Part shown: positions 59,501 through 64,000 of the stretch, one piece after another
Layout of the letters: each line of letters begins with the position of its first letter
Position numbering within the stretch: the stretch's first letter is position 1
Source of the DNA: Coniocarpon cinnabarinum
Taxonomy: Eukaryota
Direction of reading: 5' to 3'
Assembly (NCBI GenBank): GCA_051942205.1
Contig: JAVECO010000010.1
Coordinates: 1-64,000, forward strand
DNA length: 64,000 nucleotides
Program-made: the position numbers and the translations under genes
Notes under the pieces: model-generated
What the model saw: the letters and a program-made list of their open reading frames with translations, nothing else
What the model was told of the DNA's origin: nothing
Database searches by the model: none

Positions 59501-60742
59501 ATGGCGTACGATCCCGAACAGGTTCCAAATGTGCTTGAGAATGAGCGGGACAAGGCCCCTGCTGAACTTCAAGAGTATTACCTAAGATTTGAAGATCTTT
59601 GGGAGAGAAAGCTATGGCACGAGCTGACAGACGCCTGCGTTGAATATTTCGGTTTCGATGAGAGTGCCAGTCAGCGACGAGCTCTTTGGACTGGCTTCAT
59701 AGCAGGATTTGAAAGGAGGATCAACCAACTGAAACGAGTAGAGCTGGGGTTGCTTACGTCGGACACAATACCAGGCACGTTTTCTCACGCCATAACCCTT
59801 CAATACGCGGTCTCTCGTGGTGGATGGCTCCTGGACTACTCAGCTTGCTGACTTTTGCGCGCAGATCTAGAGGAGCGCCTGTCCTTTCTTGAAAAACTTG
59901 CGCGCAATGTGAATGGTCCCTCCACACAAGAATCCTACGTCCTCGCCACATCAGTCGTTGCGTCGACTCGGCTACAACTGGGAGATAGCCGTGGCGCGCG
60001 CAAAGATCTTGATCTCTGCACATCGATCCTCGACTCCTTCGACTTAGTTGACTCGTCTGTCCACGCCCGCTTCTACGATATCAATTCAACGTACTTTCAG
60101 AAGACCGAGGAATTTGCGAGTTACTACAAGAATGCGCTCCTGTATCTGGCTTGTGTCGATGTCGATAAGATGCCACAGCAGGAGAAGACCGTGCGAGCGT
60201 ATGATTTGGCCATCGCCGCGTTGGTTTCGGACAGCATATACAATTTTGGCGAATTACTTCTACACCCCATTCTCGACTCCTTGACTGGCGGCGAGCATGC
60301 ATGGCTACGCGACCTGCTCTTTGCATACAACCGAGGCGACCTTCGCGCTTTCGACGGCCTGTCTTCCAACCTCTCCAAGAACCAACACCTCAGCAAGAAC
60401 AGCGCCTTTCTCCGCCAGAAAATCTCATTAGCCGCTCTGACAGAAGCCGTCTTTCGTCGACCACCACACGACCGCTCTATGACTTTCAGAGAGATCCAAT
60501 CCGAGACCAATGTGCAGCTTGACGAGATTGAACTGCTCATCATGCGTGCACTGGCGCTTGGCTTGGTGCGTGGCACGATTGACCAGGTTGGCCAATTAGC
60601 AGAGATCAATTGGGTGCAGCCAAAGGTCCTCGACCTACGACAGGTGGGTGAAATGAGAAGAAGACTGGTGGATTGGGATCAGAGCGTTGAGAGACTGGGC
60701 AACTGGATGGAGAAGAGCGGTCGTGAGGTTTGGGCCGCCTAA
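59501..60742 (+). CDS. RPN9: 26S proteasome lid subunit Rpn9 (PCI domain), 2 exons (intron 59775-59864)
   Basis: WERKLWHELT, YYKNALLYLAC, IYNFGELLLHPIL, FLRQKISLAAL, IMRALALGLVRGTIDQV, WVQPKVL. Confidence 0.96.
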
Positions 60743-63700
60743 GTCTCTAAATGCAAACTCGAGACTTAGAATGACTTCAGTCAAAGTTACAAGAGCAGCG
60801 AAGACAGATGTACGATTATGAGAGGCAGTCCACGACTTCGCCAATTCTGTAAAATGGCGGGCACAGTGGCGCTCGGTGCATAGTATGGGTCCAAGCATGT
60901 AAGTTACGGCATGCCGATGGACTGAATGATAGTTCGACCATTCGCTGTGCCACATTCTAGACTTCGTCTGTGTTCAACCTGTTAGCGGTCGACAGGAGCA
61001 ATCTTCTTAAGCCTTCCTATAGCGTGGTGTGCTCTCCAGGAAACACGTCTCGGAAGCGATACAATAACAAGAATCTAGAACTGCTTCACATGCTCACTTC
61101 AAGCCATCGCCAAATACTGAATCCAGGTGACACATCTTTTGGTTTCGTGGGGAGTTCCCAAAATCTTTTGAGTGCGCTCAACCATGGAGAACAGCCTCCT
61201 TCCCACCAACCTCTAGCCTCCTTCTCCTTGAACAATCCTCGGCTGCACCCCATCCACCAAGCGGTAACGAGCAACGCACGAGAGCAGGCATAGGAGCATC
61301 GACCCTATCCTTCGAACGATCAATATCAAAGCGTTGGAAAAATACCTATTCGAGCGGATGCAGAGCGCAGACCTTTAATCGTAATAGCGAAGACATTGTC
61401 AATCACTTGAACCCTAGTCTTCAACCTAACGAAACGCTTCTTAACGTCGTCTTGAGCGGGGGAAAGCACATCGTAGGAAGAAGCATTTGGGCTTTCAGCC
61501 TTTTCGAATCGCCCACAGTCCTCTTGAGTCTGGGGTGCGCCACACTCATTGGCAAATAATCCACAGACACAAGTGGACCCGTTCGGACGCCACGCCGATG
61601 GCGCTAAAGTTAGAGCTCAAGGTACTGAGATCTCGGAGATCGGAAGGTGGAAAGCGGACCCACATGACGTTCCAATCATCCTGGACCAAGCAAAGAACTA
61701 CGAGATCCAGGCCGCGCTTCGAAGCAAAAGGCCACTCGAAGCTGTATCGTGCGTGGGAGACCCTGACACCTGAACCTTGTCAAGATCTTGCATTGGATCC
61801 ATCGGATCTGCTCTCGCACGGCCCATCATGCCACTTCAAAGCCGAAGCCCACAGCTTGGGTTGCTTTAGACAAATTCTGGAACTCCACCTGCGACTAAAG
61901 AGAGCGTGGATCACAATTGTGATGTTCCGCTCTTGGCCATCCTCCATCGTCCTCGAAGTCGAATTCAACATGAGGCGTCTCGATGCCACTTCCTGTGCCA
62001 GTCTGTCATCAACCGACTTGAGACATCGATCTCTTCATAGAAAGTCGCGCAGGTTGCCAATAGCAACGGCATTCATCCAGTGGAGCAGAGAGCACAACAA
62101 GGACAAAGGAGAGCCTGCTAGCGCTAAAGCTCGTCCGGGACATCGAAAAGGCATGGAAGCTTTAGAGCATCCAATATCGAGCGCCTCCAATCACTGCTAC
62201 GACGCGGGGAATCAGTTCTTTGAAGTGACTGTTCAAAGCATAGAATGCACGGAGCATGTTGACTTAGTTGGCACTGGCAGAGCGCAAACAACGTTGACAA
62301 GCCGTCGGCAATCTCTCATTCATGCTCCTGAGATGTTCTTGCGACTCATTTGGATAACTGCTAAATGCCTTGTGAGGAACGTGCATTCGCCTCTGTCGGG
62401 TATGAGACAAAGAGGCCCAATGCCTCAATAAGTACGGTGACTGATTCTGGACCTGCCGTTTACAGTATGACGGATCGTCACGGCTTGCAGGATGCTTACC
62501 AACCGCGGCAAGGTTACATGACAGGCACAGGAAAGTTTCAGCCATTGGATTTTTCCGTTTAGCATGACCCTCAGGGCTTCCGCCAGAACAAGCCACGAAT
62601 AACGAGTCGCAACATTGCGGGTCCCTGCTGTCAAACGAGGCATCAAAACGGCGAATATGCAGTACAGAAGCTGCCATTACCGGTGATACTCTGGTATGGG
62701 TCAATGTTCCTAGTGCTCACTTGGAAGGATGATCTGTTTGAATGGCTGAGCAAAATCGATAGTCGCCTGCACAACGTCTGGAAGGAGAGCGATATGCAGG
62801 GCTCACCATAGGCAGGTCTTGGGACTCGATATGTACAGTCCGATGAGTTGGCCTACTCCTAATAGCAGCTGAGGCAGCGACTACCACGGGAATTGGCCGC
62901 CATAAAGTTCTGCTTGACCTTTGAAAGACTTTAGCCAGAGTCTCAGACCGTGTGATGTGCAGCCCACCGACGGTCATACTGTTTGTGGTTGAAGTGATGG
63001 TTATCGCACGATACCCCTTTTGAGAATACCATCTCGCACATTGGTTGCAAGTTGGGATCACAGAGTGTCTCGTAGGGTACTTCCTTCAGCAGCGGTAAAT
63101 ACCCCAGCAACAATCTCGCAATGACACGCAATCATCTCTATTCGGCAAATCAGCATGTCCAGATGATTTTGCTGCTTGCTCACGTCGAGACACCGAGGTG
63201 TCCAACCGTGATTGTGAGCGGCGACGAAAAGGGAAAGTAATTGGGTGTAGCATTTTGAAGATCAGGGATTGCTGACAGCCGTTACGACCGGGACCGAGGC
63301 AAAATCGAGACAGTTCAGTCAAGGAATTTTGGACGTTGACACACAGAATGGAATGCTCATCCGAGCACGCGTTGCTTTGTAAGCCGACGGTAGCCAGCGA
63401 GCGCTCAGGGAGGATGATTGTCATCTGTCAAGGAGCTAGTGCTGTGAGAGATGAGGGAGCAGCGTCACGGGTGGACGTCAAGGCGTGGACAAGCGGGAGC
63501 AGTTACAAATGAGATGGTAGCGTCGTACCAGATCTGTGGTACCAGATCTGGGCGATGGCTTATCGCACGCACTCCTGGTCTTGTTCGGGACACCTTCGCC
63601 GAAGCTACTCCTGGAGCAACCCTGGCACTTCCTCGTAAGCCTCTGTTGCTCATCAAGTACGTGCGAGGCTGAGACGATTTAAAATAGTCTACACTGTGTT

Positions 63701-64000
63701 GCAACATAGAGTGAGCGCATTGCAAGTATTTTTTTGTAAGCTATAGCGCATGCATAGCGCCGTGGCTACTCAAAGACAGCTCTCGTATATCTGCGCAGAG
63801 TGCCGTGAATCTTATCTTGGCTCCCGCGCAGTCTGGGTTTAGAGGAGCGGAAGAAAAGTGTCCGAGTCACAAGGTACGCGTCGACTCGATCTGCCCCGGT
63901 GCCGCTCTGCCGTTAGTGCGATCTATCGAGCCGCGTGGTGACACCGTCCCCTCCACGCCCGGCTTCAGATCTCGCAGCAGGCCCTGGCAAAGTCAGGAAA

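Overview
Eukaryotic DNA from a filamentous ascomycete (Pezizomycotina; Dothideomycete-like is an inference). The evidence is short spliceosomal introns with CTRAC-type branch sites and a RIP-mutated transposon. (i) 1-~6.2 kb is an AT/TpA-rich, RIP-destroyed Ty3/Gypsy chromovirus (PR-RT-RH-INT-chromodomain, probable 3' LTR) with a sharp boundary to normal composition. (ii) ~6.4-41 kb is a mixed, largely accessory block: secreted GMC oxidoreductase, pelota/Dom34, BTB protein, secreted PEBP, Dal5-type MFS transporter, a presequence-less dihydroxy-acid dehydratase, orphan proteins, O-methyltransferase, Pth11-like receptor, secreted S41 peptidase and an NLR. (iii) ~41-61 kb is mostly housekeeping: NUP159, PUP1, DUF1749 hydrolase, carboxylesterase, mitochondrial ACP, VPS74, NDUFA9, RPN9. 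The last ~3 kb has no convincing gene. The top finding is a five-exon, apparently intact ~1547-aa PNP_UDP-NACHT-ankyrin NLR with a ZZ-like Cys/His zinc finger inserted inside its NACHT domain. The finger is split by an intron, so no single ORF shows it whole. Gene models were spliced by eye and no database searches were run.
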